DNA of 64,000 bases from an uncultured Gammaproteobacteria bacterium (GCA_963797555.1 CAWCPV010000010.1:1-64000); one strand, 5' to 3'; positions 9,783 through 20,878 are shown, counted from the first letter of the stretch. Made by a program: numbers and translations. The notes: a model not told the origin generated them from the sequence alone.

Positions 9783-10001
9783 AGCGCCGGGCACTTCGTC
9801 AAGATGGTGCACAACGGCATTGAGTACGGCATCATCGCCGCATACGCCGAGACGCTCGGCATCCCACGCGCCCCCAACGTTGGGAAGCAGGCGCACGAGA
9901 CGGCCGCCGAGACGACGCCCTTGCGCGACCCCGCACACTACCAGTACGACCTGGACCTGCCCGACATCGCCGAGGTGTGGCGGCGCGGCAGCGTGATCGC
10001 C
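9783..10001 (+). pseudogene. gnd: 6-phosphogluconate dehydrogenase fragment
   Basis: AGHFVKMVHNGIEYG..AETTPLRDPAHYQYDLDLPDIAEVWRRGSVIA. Confidence 0.85.
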
Positions 10002-10031
10002 ACACCCGGTGGGTCATGCTGCGCGCTTTGC

Positions 10032-10136
10032 CCGGAGAAGACGCGCTGTGAGGCGCGTGAGGTTGCGCTCGGCGTTCGCGGCGGGCGCGACGCGCTCGTC
10101 CACCTGGAACACCTGCACGTTCTCCCGCCAGGGCAC
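10032..10136 (-). pseudogene. pgl: 6-phosphogluconolactonase / glucosamine-6-P isomerase family fragment
   Basis: Minus-strand frame VPWRENVQVFQVDERVAPAANAERNLTRLTARLL with the DER motif. Confidence 0.7.
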
Positions 10137-10288
10137 TTTTTGGGCTCGGTGTCTGGCAGGACGGCCGGATGCGTGCCCGCCGTGCCCACTGTCTGCGGCT
10201 TGACGGTTCCGTGCCCTCGGGCCAACATTTCGTCCGGGCAGTCCGGTTCAATAGGCTGTGATTGGGGTCCGACGGGGCGAGGAGCGTG

Positions 10289-10492
10289 ATGAGCACGGCT
10301 TACCTGCTGTGGTCGGTGCTGTTCAGCGGTATCGGTCTTGGGTACTTCGTCTACGGGAAAAGACAGCAAAACCTCAGCGCGTTGCTCGGTGGCATAGCTC
10401 TAGTTATGGCTCCGTATTTCCTACCGAGCACCTATGTCTTGGTCGGCGTCAGCGCCGCATTCATGGCCCTGCCCTTCATGCTGGATTTTTGA
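10289..10492 (+). CDS. Small membrane protein (conserved hypothetical)
   Basis: GAGGAG RBS; LFSGIGLGYFVYGKRQ..MAPYF hydrophobic pattern. Confidence 0.8.
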   Translation: MSTAYLLWSVLFSGIGLGYFVYGKRQQNLSALLGGIALVMAPYFLPSTYVLVGVSAAFMALPFMLDF

Positions 10493-10636
10493 GCGGGTCG
10501 GACCCTGCGGTCGCATCGCCCGTTCAGAGGGCTTGCAGCCCGATCGGCGCACACCTATACCGAAAGGACTCCCCGTCCTGCCGGCCGTCCCCGTGAACCC
10601 TCACGTCCTTGACGGGGCAATGACCGTGCCGCGATA

Positions 10637-10668
10637 GGCAAGGCAACAGGCTCGCCCATTGCCTTGCC
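10637..10668. terminator. Hairpin between convergent genes
   Basis: Perfect 10-bp stem GGCAAGGCAA/TTGCCTTGCC; no U-tract. Confidence 0.4.
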
Positions 10669-10820
10669 ACTCGTGGAGCAGGAACAATCGCCTACTCCAT
10701 GTGCCGCACCAGACGCCCAGCGTCCAACGCGCCGACACGTACCCAGCTTCCCGCGCGGGGAGGCGCTGCCAGATCGCGCAGCGCCGATTAGCCGTCACGT
10801 ACCCCGTGCGGCGGTCTCGG

Positions 10821-11402
10821 TCAGGCCGCTTGTCCGAGCCGGGTCGCCTCGGCGACCTCGGTAAGCCTACCGCTCTTTACGTCGTAGATGTACCCGTACA
10901 CGCCGATGTCGTGTGGCACGAGGGGATGCGAGCGGATCCGCTGGACGTCGTCCAGGACGCTCCGCTCCAAGTCCGAGATGGTCAACCACTTCACGTAGCG
11001 ACCCTCCGGGGAGCCCGCACCCACGCCGGAGTCACGCCACCGTCCGCCTTCCAGCACAGCGGTCTTCAAGCTGCTCGTCAGCAGGTCACCCATGACTTCA
11101 TCGGTGAACGTTTGCATGCCGCAGTCGGTGTGGTGGATAACAAACCACTCGCGAGTGCCAAGCAGCTTGTAGGAGATCGCCAGGGAACGGATGGCGTCGT
11201 CACTCGCTCGTCCGCCCGCATTCCGTACCACGTGGGCATCCCCCTCCGCGAGTCCAGCGAACTTAGCCGGGTCGAGGCGGGCGTCCATGCACGTCAGCAT
11301 AGCGAAACGACGGCGGGGAGGCATGGCCAATGCAGCCTTGTCACCGAAGGTGCTCGCATAGGAGCGATTCGCAGTCAGCACTTCTTCCAGTATTTTGCTC
11401 AT
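10821..11402 (-). CDS. Beta-class carbonic anhydrase, clade D-like
   Basis: CMDAR and HHTDCGM zinc ligands; [23 protein letters not shown]. Confidence 0.92.
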   Translation of the reverse strand: MSKILEEVLTANRSYASTFGDKAALAMPPRRRFAMLTCMDARLDPAKFAGLAEGDAHVVRNAGGRASDDAIRSLAISYKLLGTREWFVIHHTDCGMQTFTDEVMGDLLTSSLKTAVLEGGRWRDSGVGAGSPEGRYVKWLTISDLERSVLDDVQRIRSHPLVPHDIGVYGYIYDVKSGRLTEVAEATRLGQAA

Positions 11403-11935
11403 TTTAGGACCTCCGCGGGTAGTTACCGCATCGAACTACCCTATAGCCTAAGTATAGGCGAGATACCCGACTTCTTCCGTCGGGTACCGCCACCCTGTCG
11501 GCCTAGCGCGTCACCCCCGAACGCCCCTGGCGGCAGCAGCCACGGCCGGAGTTGAGCTGGTCACCGTTCCAAGATCGCGGGCTTGCCATGGACGGTTCAC
11601 GGTGCGCCAGCCTCGGGTGCGGGGCGGAAAGAGGGTTCGCTGTGGGGCATTGCGCGCCGCACCCCTGGGCGGAGAGCGTTTCCTTGAGCGGACGCTCTTT
11701 GCTCTTCCCAGAGGCCCTCGTCTATCCGGCCCACGATGAGCGGGCCGGACGAGTCTCCGGCATCACGCCCTATCGCCTAACCGGGGCTTTGTCGACGAGA
11801 GCTGCAGCGACGCTGCCGAAGCCGTTGCCGCCGGGCTCCGTCGATAGACTCTCCTCGCTTAACGTGAAAGAAGCCGGTTTTTGGGCGTGACGGAGCCTGG
11901 CCGATGAGGGCCATAGGAGGGAGGGGGTGAAGGGT

Positions 11936-13157
11936 TCAGGCGGCGGCTGGCAGGAAGCCGTAGCGGCTGAGGGCCTTGATCCAGCGTGGGGCGTTGCGTT
12001 TCACAAATAGGGCTTCATAGTCAGTGGCCGAATCCCGGTAGTGTTGGCCGCGCGAGAGCATGCAGAAGATGATACGCAACATCTTGTGGGCCAGAGCGAT
12101 GATGGCTCGTTTGCGGCCGCGGCGCACCACCAGAGTCTGGAGCTTCGTCTGCAAGGCGCAGCGGGTACGGCTTGCGGCATGGGCGAACTCGCACAGCAGA
12201 CGACGCACATAGGGGTTGCCCTTGCGGGTGCGCCCCGATTGGCGCTTGCCGGCCGACTCGTGGTTGCCGGGGCAGATACCCACCCAGGAAGCGAGCCGCT
12301 CGGCATGACCGAAGGCGCTCATGTCGCTACCGATTTCCACCAGCAGCATGGCGGCACCGATGACATTGACCCCTGGTAGGGTCTGCAACAACAGCAGGCT
12401 GTTGGCCTCCTCCTTCAGGCCTTCGAGCAAGCGAGCATCGAAGCGGGCGATGCGGGCTTCGAGCTCCTCGATGTGGCGCATCAATTCATCGAGGACGAAG
12501 CGATGAGACTCGGTCAGGTCCCCCTGCAGGGCATCGAGCAGCTCCTCGCGGCTCGCCTTCAGCCGGCGGCTGGCCAGGGGGAGGACCTCGTGGGCAGCAG
12601 CCCCCTGGATGAGGGCTTTCAGCATGGCACGGGCCGACTGGCCGTGGATATCGCTCACCACCACCCCCAGGCGGATGCCACCATCGGTGAGCACCTTGTG
12701 CAGCCGGTTCTTCTCCGAGGCAGCCAAGCCCACGAGCTTCTGTCGCTGCCGGGCGATCAGGCGCAGCTCGCGCAGTTTGGCCTTCGGCACGAAGGAGGCG
12801 CGCAACAGAGCGGCGCGAGCCAACATGGCCAGCCACTGGGCATCGCCGATGTCGGTCTTGCGTCCCGGGACCTGCTTGACGTGGCGGGCGTTGACCACCT
12901 TGGCTTGGATGCCGTGCGCCTTCTAGGGCTGCGTAAGGACTTTTCCAGTAAATGCCGGTGCTCTCCATGACCACCTCCTCCGGGCGAAATCCCGCGCACC
13001 ACTCCGCGAACGCCCGGCGGTCTTTCTTGAAGGCACCGAATTGGCGTTGCTCGATGTAGACTTGGCCGTCGGCCTCCTCAAGGATGGCACAGGCGGTCAC
13101 TTGCCCCTGATGCACATCCAGACCGATGACACGCTTGAAGATCGCTACCAGTTCCAT
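11936..13157 (-). CDS. IS110 DEDD recombinase/transposase, +1 frameshift near 12919
   Basis: GLDVH, MESTGIYW, KTDIGDAQW (DEDD RuvC-like); LPGV..EIG..ICPGNHESAGK (Tnp20 serine); GGGAG RBS. Confidence 0.95.
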
Positions 13158-13187
13158 GTCGTCTCCCGTCGCAATACACTCAAGAGA

Positions 13188-13361
13188 TGGGAGACGGCGG
13201 GTGCCGGACCGAGTGAGCCTGAAGGCGGCAAGCCGCCGACGGCCTGTTTAACGTGCGCTCTGTAGGGAAGCAATCCGGGGTACGAGTCGGTCCGGCGGGT
13301 CACGTTAGGTTGCGGGGTCGAGCCGCCAAAAACTTGCGCGACCTCTTCCCGCCGTCTCCCA
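13188..13361 (-). ncRNA. Putative IS110 bridge RNA
   Basis: Perfect 14-bp closing stem (13188-13201/13348-13361), 10-bp stem (13203-13212/13287-13296), and two internal-loop domains, one containing the element-end sequence CACGTTAA. Confidence 0.7.
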
Positions 13362-13431
13362 CCCCACAGCTTCTTTCATCCTCTGGGGTGGCGCCAGACG
13401 CAATGATCGTTAGTTAGGACTACGGATGGCG

Positions 13432-14208
13432 TCAGGTATGCACGTTTGCGGCGCGCGCGAGCGGGTCTTGGCGGTAGAACGCCCGCAGCTCGCCGTACAC
13501 GTCGGGGAACTCCGCGGCCAGTCGGGCGGGCGCATCGAAGAAGGTCTCGGTGAGGACCGCGAAGAACTCCGCCGGGTCCGTCGCCCCGTAAGCGTCCACC
13601 GCGGTCGGCAGACCGCGAGCGACCTGTGTCCGCAGGCTTTCGTATGCCTGCGCGAACACACGGGTCCAACGACCGACATCCATTTCCCGGTGCAGCGCAG
13701 GAAACCCGTTGGCCGGGCCGTTCAGCATGTCCAGTTTATGTGCGAACTCGTGGAGCACGACATTGTAACCTTGGCCGGGAGAGTCCAAATCCTCCCTGAC
13801 CTCCTCCCACGACAGGATGACCGGCCCCCGCAGCCACGCTTCGCCGGAGAGTGCACCCACCTCCTCGTGGACCACCCCGGCCTCGTCGCGGAAGCGATGA
13901 CGCGCCGAAAAGCCTGCCGGATACACCAGGACCTCCACCCAGCCGTCGTAGTAATCCAGTCCCAGCCGCAGGACCAAAAGGCACGCCTGGACGCCGATCA
14001 CCACGCGCATCAGCGGGCTCACCTCCAGGCCGGCTGCGCCCTGAAACACCTTCTCGTGCAGGAAGATCACCAGCAGGTCATGGAGCATTCCCCGCTCCTC
14101 GGAGTCGAGTCCACTCACGAGCGGAACGTTGCGCAGTGTCGCCTGCCACAGCTCCGCGGGCAGTCGGTCGCGGCGTAGCCAGCGCCTGCGGCGCCATGCG
14201 CGAAACAT
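13432..14208 (-). CDS. M90 family zinc peptidase (MtfA-like)
   Basis: GEAWLRGPVILSW, NVVLHEFAHKLD, DAYGATDPAEFFAV. Confidence 0.92.
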   Translation of the reverse strand: MFRAWRRRRWLRRDRLPAELWQATLRNVPLVSGLDSEERGMLHDLLVIFLHEKVFQGAAGLEVSPLMRVVIGVQACLLVLRLGLDYYDGWVEVLVYPAGFSARHRFRDEAGVVHEEVGALSGEAWLRGPVILSWEEVREDLDSPGQGYNVVLHEFAHKLDMLNGPANGFPALHREMDVGRWTRVFAQAYESLRTQVARGLPTAVDAYGATDPAEFFAVLTETFFDAPARLAAEFPDVYGELRAFYRQDPLARAANVHT

Positions 14209-14218
14209 GGCCACTCGC

Positions 14219-15430
14219 TCAGTCGGTCCGCAGGCCCAGGATCAAGTCCATGACGTTGGCGCCGGTGGGCCCGGTGGTCAAGAGATCCCCGGAGGCGGCC
14301 AGGAACGTACCGGCGTCAGCCGCCTCGAGACAACGTGCGGCACTAAGTCCTGCACCCTCGCCCCGAGCCACTGTGTCGCCGTCCACCAGAGCCCCAGCAT
14401 CCCGCGTGGGTCCGTCGGTTCCGTCCGTGCCGCCGGCAAGCAGGACGACCTCACGGCATTCGCGCAACCCGAGGGCCGCGGACAGCGCCAGGTGCTGGCA
14501 GCGCCCGCCCCGTCCGGGTTCGAGCGGAAGGCGCACGGTGGTCTCCGCACTCCATACGTCGAGACCCACCGAGCCTCCCCGCAGATCCTGGCTCAACCGC
14601 ATCCCGGTCGCCGCTGCGTCCTCCGTCAGGACCGCGTCGTGCACGCGCACCCTATACCCTAGGCGCCGACCCGCCTCTGCTGCCGCCCGCCGCGCATCGA
14701 TCGAACGCGCAACGATATGCGTCTCCACGTTAACCGCTGGCTGGTCGCCCGGCGGCGCACCCGCGGCGAGGAGGGCCAGCACCCAGTCCGGAAGCACCAT
14801 TTCCTCCGCGCGCAACGTATCGAACGGCGGTACCAGCAGCCCGCCGCCGATGACGGCGGGGTCGTCCGCGGGCACATCGGACATGAGGAGGTTCAGGGCT
14901 GGACGCCCCTCCAGGAAGAACGCCAGTCGCCCCCCTTTGATCAGGGAGAGAGAGCCGCGCACCCGGTTCACGGCGTGGATATCCAGCCCCGAGCCCAAGA
15001 GCCAGCGATTGACGCGCTGCAGGTCGGACAGGACCACGCCATCCGGCAGCGACTCCACCAGGGCGGAGGTGCCGCCGGAGATCAGAAACAGGAAATGGGC
15101 ATCGGAGGGGGCCGCCCGCAGGAATGCCTTCAGGGCACTGCCGGCTGCGAGACTGCGCCCGTCCGGAACGGGATGACCCGCCTCCAGACAGGTCGGACCT
15201 GGAAGGCGCGTGCAGTGACCGGTCTTCGTGATCACCAGCGTGGCCGCCACCGAGCCTCCGAGGGTGTCCGTGGCCCCCTGCATCATGGCCGCAGCGGCTT
15301 TGCCGACGGCTACGACGTGCCAGGGATGCCCGGCCGCGCGCTTTTGCAGGTATCGAGCGACGCACTCGCGACCGTGCACTGCCCTCACGGCGGCGCCAAA
15401 GATCTCGGCCAAGTGACTACGGGTATCCAA
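14219..15430 (-). CDS. Glycerate 2-kinase (DUF4147/MOFRL)
   Basis: GKAAAAM, AGHPVPD, LISGGTSAL, IKGGRL, SDV, GTDGTDGPT, TGPTGANVMD. Confidence 0.92.
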   Translation of the reverse strand: MDTRSHLAEIFGAAVRAVHGRECVARYLQKRAAGHPWHVVAVGKAAAAMMQGATDTLGGSVAATLVITKTGHCTRLPGPTCLEAGHPVPDGRSLAAGSALKAFLRAAPSDAHFLFLISGGTSALVESLPDGVVLSDLQRVNRWLLGSGLDIHAVNRVRGSLSLIKGGRLAFFLEGRPALNLLMSDVPADDPAVIGGGLLVPPFDTLRAEEMVLPDWVLALLAAGAPPGDQPAVNVETHIVARSIDARRAAAEAGRRLGYRVRVHDAVLTEDAAATGMRLSQDLRGGSVGLDVWSAETTVRLPLEPGRGGRCQHLALSAALGLRECREVVLLAGGTDGTDGPTRDAGALVDGDTVARGEGAGLSAARCLEAADAGTFLAASGDLLTTGPTGANVMDLILGLRTD

Positions 15431-15432
15431 CC

Positions 15433-15487
15433 TCAGAGCGGGTCAGGAAATCGTCCGGCGGCAGATTTTGTTCATTCACGAGATCTC
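15433..15487 (-). repeat. Collapsed partial copy of the MITE at 34401
   Basis: Minus strand GAGATCTCGTGAATGAACAAAATCTGCCGC versus GAGATCTCGTGAACAAATCTGCCGC at 34399; other end shares CTCAGAGC. Confidence 0.6.
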
Positions 15488-15586
15488 GGACTGCTCATAC
15501 CCAAGCAGTGCGCTTGCGAGTCTTGCCCCAACGGGCGTAATAAGCTAGCCTTCGACCTACACCGTGTCCACCAGGGAGAAGGCGCC

Positions 15587-16642
15587 GTGAAAAGATTCCT
15601 GTTGCTGTGGCTCGCCGGCTTGGTGGGCGTCGCCTCGGGCAGCGACGACCTGATGCAGAAGGCTCAATCGATCTTCAAGCCGATCCCGACCCAGCCGCCG
15701 GTCCTCGAAGGCAACCCCGCCAGTGCGGACAAGGTGGATCTCGGCAAGATGCTTTATTTCGAGCCGCGCCTCTCGGCCAGTTGGCTGGTGAGCTGCAACA
15801 CGTGCCACAACATGGGCCTGGCCGGCGTGGACCTGCTGGAGACATCGATCGGCCACGGCTGGCAGAAGGGTCCGCGCAACGCCCCGACCGTCTTGAACGC
15901 AGTGTTCGACATCGCGCAATTTTGGGACGGCCGAGCCCGCGACCTCGAAACACAGGCCAAGGGACCCGTCCAGGCGACAGTGGAGATGAACAACACGCCG
16001 GAACGCGTGGTCAGCACCCTGAACAGCATGCCCGAGTATGTCGCGCGGTTCCGGAAGGCGTTTCCCAATGAAGCCGAGCCGGTCACCTTCGACAACATGG
16101 CCAAGGCCGTTGCCGTCTTCGAGGCGACTCTGATCACCCCTGGCTCACGCTTCGACCGCTACCTCGAAGGGGACAGCCAAGCCCTGACGCCGGATGAGAA
16201 AAAAGGTTTGCAGCTGTTCATCGAGAAGGGTTGCAGCAACTGTCACGGGGGCATGAATGTCGGCGGCAGCGGCTACTATCCGTTCGGCGTGGTGCAGAAG
16301 CCCGGCGCCGACATACTACCTCCGCACGACAAGGGGCGCTTCGCGATCACCAAGACCGCGAGCGACGAGTACCGGTTCAAGGCGCCCTCGCTCCGCAACG
16401 TCGCGCTCACCCCGCCCTACTTCCACTCGGGCAAGGTATGGAGCTTGAGGCAGGCGGTGGCCATCATGGGAGCCGCCCAACTGGGAGTCCAACTCGGGGA
16501 CGAAGAAACGAGCCTCATCGCCGCATTCCTCAAGAGCCTGGACGGCCCTCAACCGAGGATCGAATACCCCATCCTGCCGGCCTCTACCGAGGGCACACCG
16601 CTGCCGCAATGGGCGGTGGAGGCGTTGAAACAGGGACGCTGA
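15587..16642 (+). CDS. Di-heme cytochrome c peroxidase
   Basis: Signal peptide; CNTCH and CSNCH heme motifs; RNAPTV, QFWDGRA, FKAPSLRNVALTPPYFHSG. Confidence 0.95.
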   Translation: MKRFLLLWLAGLVGVASGSDDLMQKAQSIFKPIPTQPPVLEGNPASADKVDLGKMLYFEPRLSASWLVSCNTCHNMGLAGVDLLETSIGHGWQKGPRNAPTVLNAVFDIAQFWDGRARDLETQAKGPVQATVEMNNTPERVVSTLNSMPEYVARFRKAFPNEAEPVTFDNMAKAVAVFEATLITPGSRFDRYLEGDSQALTPDEKKGLQLFIEKGCSNCHGGMNVGGSGYYPFGVVQKPGADILPPHDKGRFAITKTASDEYRFKAPSLRNVALTPPYFHSGKVWSLRQAVAIMGAAQLGVQLGDEETSLIAAFLKSLDGPQPRIEYPILPASTEGTPLPQWAVEALKQGR

Positions 16643-16684
16643 ACTTGGCCCCCGCGGGGGGTGCGACGCGCCTCCCACCGCTGT

Positions 16685-17875
16685 CTAACCAAAGGCGCTG
16701 TCGAACCCCCGGCGCAAGTCGCGCTTGATGTCGGACAGGTCCTCGAGGCCGACGGCGACGCGTACCAGCCCCTCGCCGATGCCGGCCGCCTCGCGGTCGT
16801 GCGCCGAGAGGCGGCCGTGAGTGGTCGTGGCGGGGTGCGTAATCGTGCTCTTTACGTCCCCCAGATTGGCGGTGATCGAGATAAGCCGGACGGCGTCGAT
16901 GAAGCGCCAAGCCGTTTCTCTGCCGCCTTCCAGATCGAACGCAAGCAGGCCGCCGAAGGCCTTCTGCTGGCTCGCAGCGAGCGCGTGCTGCGGATGGGAC
17001 GGCAGGCCCGGGTAGTGGACACGGCGGACACCGGGCTGTTGCTGCAGCCAGAGCGCCAGCTCCAAGGCATGGGCCGAGTGAGCCTCAATGCGTAGCCGCA
17101 GGGTCTCCAACCCTTTGAGGAACACCCAGGCGTTGAACGGGCTCATCGATGGGCCCGCCGTCCGCAGGAAGCCGTACACCTCCTCAATGATCGCGGCCGG
17201 TCCCACTACGGCGCCCCCGATGCAGCGGCCCTGACCGTCCAGGTATTTCGTCGCGGAGTGGATGACGACATCCGCCCCGAGCGTGAGCGGCTGTTGGAGC
17301 GCGGGGGTACACAGACAGTTGTCCACGGCCAGTCGACAGCCGTGAGCGTGAGCCAGCTCGGCCAGTCGCTGGATATCGGCCACCTCCAGCAACGGGTTGG
17401 ACGGGGTCTCCAGGAACAGCAGACGGGTATTGCCGCGAAGCGCCTCTTGCCAGGCACCCGGGTCCGTCAAGGGCACGAATGTGGTCTCCACCCCGAAGCG
17501 CTGCAGGTACTTCGAGAACAGCAGCACCGTCGACCCGAAAATACTCCGGGAGGCCACGATGTGCTCGCCCGCACGCAGCAGCGCCAGGCAGACACTGAGA
17601 ATGGCGGCCATCCCGGAGCTCGTGGCGACACAGCGCTCGCCCAGTTCCAGGCCAGCCAGCCGCTGCTCGAAGGTCCGGACCGTGGGATTGGTGAAGCGCG
17701 AGTATATGTTGCCCGGCTCTGCCCCGCTAAAGCGGGCGGCCGCCTGCGCGGCGCTTTGGAACACGTAGCTGGATGTGGTGAAGATGGGCTCGGCCTGCTC
17801 CCCCTCTGCGGTGCGCTGCTGACCACCCCGCACCGCCCGCGTGTCGAAGCCGTAGCCCCCCTCGTCTTCAGACAT
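16685..17875 (-). CDS. metZ: O-succinylhomoserine sulfhydrylase
   Basis: YSRFTNPTV, HSATKYLDGQGR, ITANLGDVKS; follows purF. Confidence 0.95.
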   Translation of the reverse strand: MSEDEGGYGFDTRAVRGGQQRTAEGEQAEPIFTTSSYVFQSAAQAAARFSGAEPGNIYSRFTNPTVRTFEQRLAGLELGERCVATSSGMAAILSVCLALLRAGEHIVASRSIFGSTVLLFSKYLQRFGVETTFVPLTDPGAWQEALRGNTRLLFLETPSNPLLEVADIQRLAELAHAHGCRLAVDNCLCTPALQQPLTLGADVVIHSATKYLDGQGRCIGGAVVGPAAIIEEVYGFLRTAGPSMSPFNAWVFLKGLETLRLRIEAHSAHALELALWLQQQPGVRRVHYPGLPSHPQHALAASQQKAFGGLLAFDLEGGRETAWRFIDAVRLISITANLGDVKSTITHPATTTHGRLSAHDREAAGIGEGLVRVAVGLEDLSDIKRDLRRGFDSAFG

Positions 17876-17911
17876 CGCCGCCCTCTCCACCGCTCACTGA
17901 GTGGGCACCCA

Positions 17912-19423
<1,512 letters not shown>

Positions 19424-19487
19424 ATGCGCGCCTCGGCTTTACTGCCTACGCCACAGATCCCGCGCCACGACCATCGCTCGGGAGCGC

Positions 19488-19979
19488 TCACTCCAGCTTG
19501 AAGTTCTTCGCCACGTCCGCCGGCAGATAGTCGCGGATCCACACGGCCAGGCTGACGAAGTGGTCGAGGAGGGTCGATTCCTTCCACCATGGCTCCTCGG
19601 GGATGGAGGTGAGGCCGGCAAGCAGCACCAGCAGGGCTACTATCAATACCCCCCGTGCGATGCCGAACACCATGCCGAGCATCCTGTCAGTACCGCTGAT
19701 GCCGGTCTTGTCGACCAACTGGACGATGAGGTAGTTCACCAGCGCCACCACCAGCAAGGTCACCAAGAACAGCACGATGAAAGCCGTGGCTTCCCGCACA
19801 GAGGGGTTGTGGATGTAATTCGTGGCGTAGTCGGCCGCCTGGTGAGAGAACTTCAGGGCCACCCAGAACGCGGCCACCCACGCCACCAGCGACAGGACCT
19901 CGCGTACGAAGCCACGGATGACGCTGGTTACGGCAGAAACGGCGATAATTCCTATGATTGTGTAGTCCACCCAGTTCAT
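19488..19979 (-). CDS. cvpA: Colicin V production protein
   Basis: MNWVDY..RGFVREVLSL..DRMLGMVFG; upstream of purF. Confidence 0.95.
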   Translation of the reverse strand: MNWVDYTIIGIIAVSAVTSVIRGFVREVLSLVAWVAAFWVALKFSHQAADYATNYIHNPSVREATAFIVLFLVTLLVVALVNYLIVQLVDKTGISGTDRMLGMVFGIARGVLIVALLVLLAGLTSIPEEPWWKESTLLDHFVSLAVWIRDYLPADVAKNFKLE

Positions 19980-20122
19980 GCGCTATGCCCTTTCTTGAAG
20001 TGACGATGTATCTGCGAGGAAGGAACGGGCACCGCAGCGCGCCAAGGCGCCTAAACGCGGTCCCGACGAGGGACTCATGGCGGACCGCTGGTGCGCTCCG
20101 CTGTCTGTTGCGCGGCCCGATC

Positions 20123-20878
20123 TCACGGGTAGCGCATCACCAGGGCGTCGAGGTGCAGATCCTTTCTCAGCTTCCCACGCAACGCCTCCGCCGTCTCGCG
20201 GCGCAACTCGGGACCTACCCGCACCCGATAGAGCATTCCCTGCGCGCCCTTCAGTACCTCGATGAATGCGGAGTGCCCGCTGCGACGTATTCGGTCTCGC
20301 AGCTCCATGGCGTTGCCCGCATTGCTGAAGGTGCCCACCTGGATCACCCAGGCCGACGGCTCGTGCTTCTTCGAAGTGGCACCCAGGGCACGCGGCGGCA
20401 GGGGGACGACCTCGACGGAATGGGGCGCGGCCTTGGCCTCGGCAACTCCAGCCCTGCGAGTCTTCCGCGGCTCGGCCGCTGCCTTTGCCCGGGGGGATGC
20501 TGGGCTTCCCTCGCCAGCGGCCTCCTGAGACCCCGAACCGCTCGCATCGAGTCCCGTCGACTCGGCCGCGGGCATCCCGGATGTCGAGAGAGCCTCTCCT
20601 GCCGACTGTTGCACCACGGTCGATGGCGTCGCGACGGCCCCCGCTGCAACTCCAGTTTCAGGCTTGGACGACGTTGCGGCGGGGGGCACGGAGGCGGCGT
20701 GCTTGTGCAACGGAATGACGATAGCCGACGTCACATCGGAGGGCGGGGGTGGAAGCGCGGGGAGCTTGACCTTCGGGGCGCCTTCTTGCCGCTCGAAGAC
20801 CATGGGCACGAAGATAACTACCACGGCCACCAGGACTATCGCACCGACCAGGCGTTGTGTCATCCGGTTATCAGCCAT
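20123..20878 (-). CDS. dedD: SPOR-domain cell division protein
   Basis: QRLVGAIVLVA TM anchor, Pro/Ala linker, WVIQVGTFS..YRVRVGP. Confidence 0.9.
   Translation of the reverse strand: MADNRMTQRLVGAIVLVAVVVIFVPMVFERQEGAPKVKLPALPPPPSDVTSAIVIPLHKHAASVPPAATSSKPETGVAAGAVATPSTVVQQSAGEALSTSGMPAAESTGLDASGSGSQEAAGEGSPASPRAKAAAEPRKTRRAGVAEAKAAPHSVEVVPLPPRALGATSKKHEPSAWVIQVGTFSNAGNAMELRDRIRRSGHSAFIEVLKGAQGMLYRVRVGPELRRETAEALRGKLRKDLHLDALVMRYP

Larger units (their letters stand above)
11859..13412 (-). mobile_element. IS110-family element
   Basis: Transposase plus ~255 bp structured left end; TAA core (minus strand) at 11859-11861 and 13410-13412; subterminal inverted repeat TGAAAGAAGC (11865-11874)/GCTTCTTTCA (13369-13378); ends are inferred. 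Confidence 0.75.

Noticed and set aside
14717-15586. Apparent 290-aa N-terminal extension of the cytochrome c peroxidase
   Set aside because: Antisense to glycerate kinase; RBS and signal peptide start at GTG 15587
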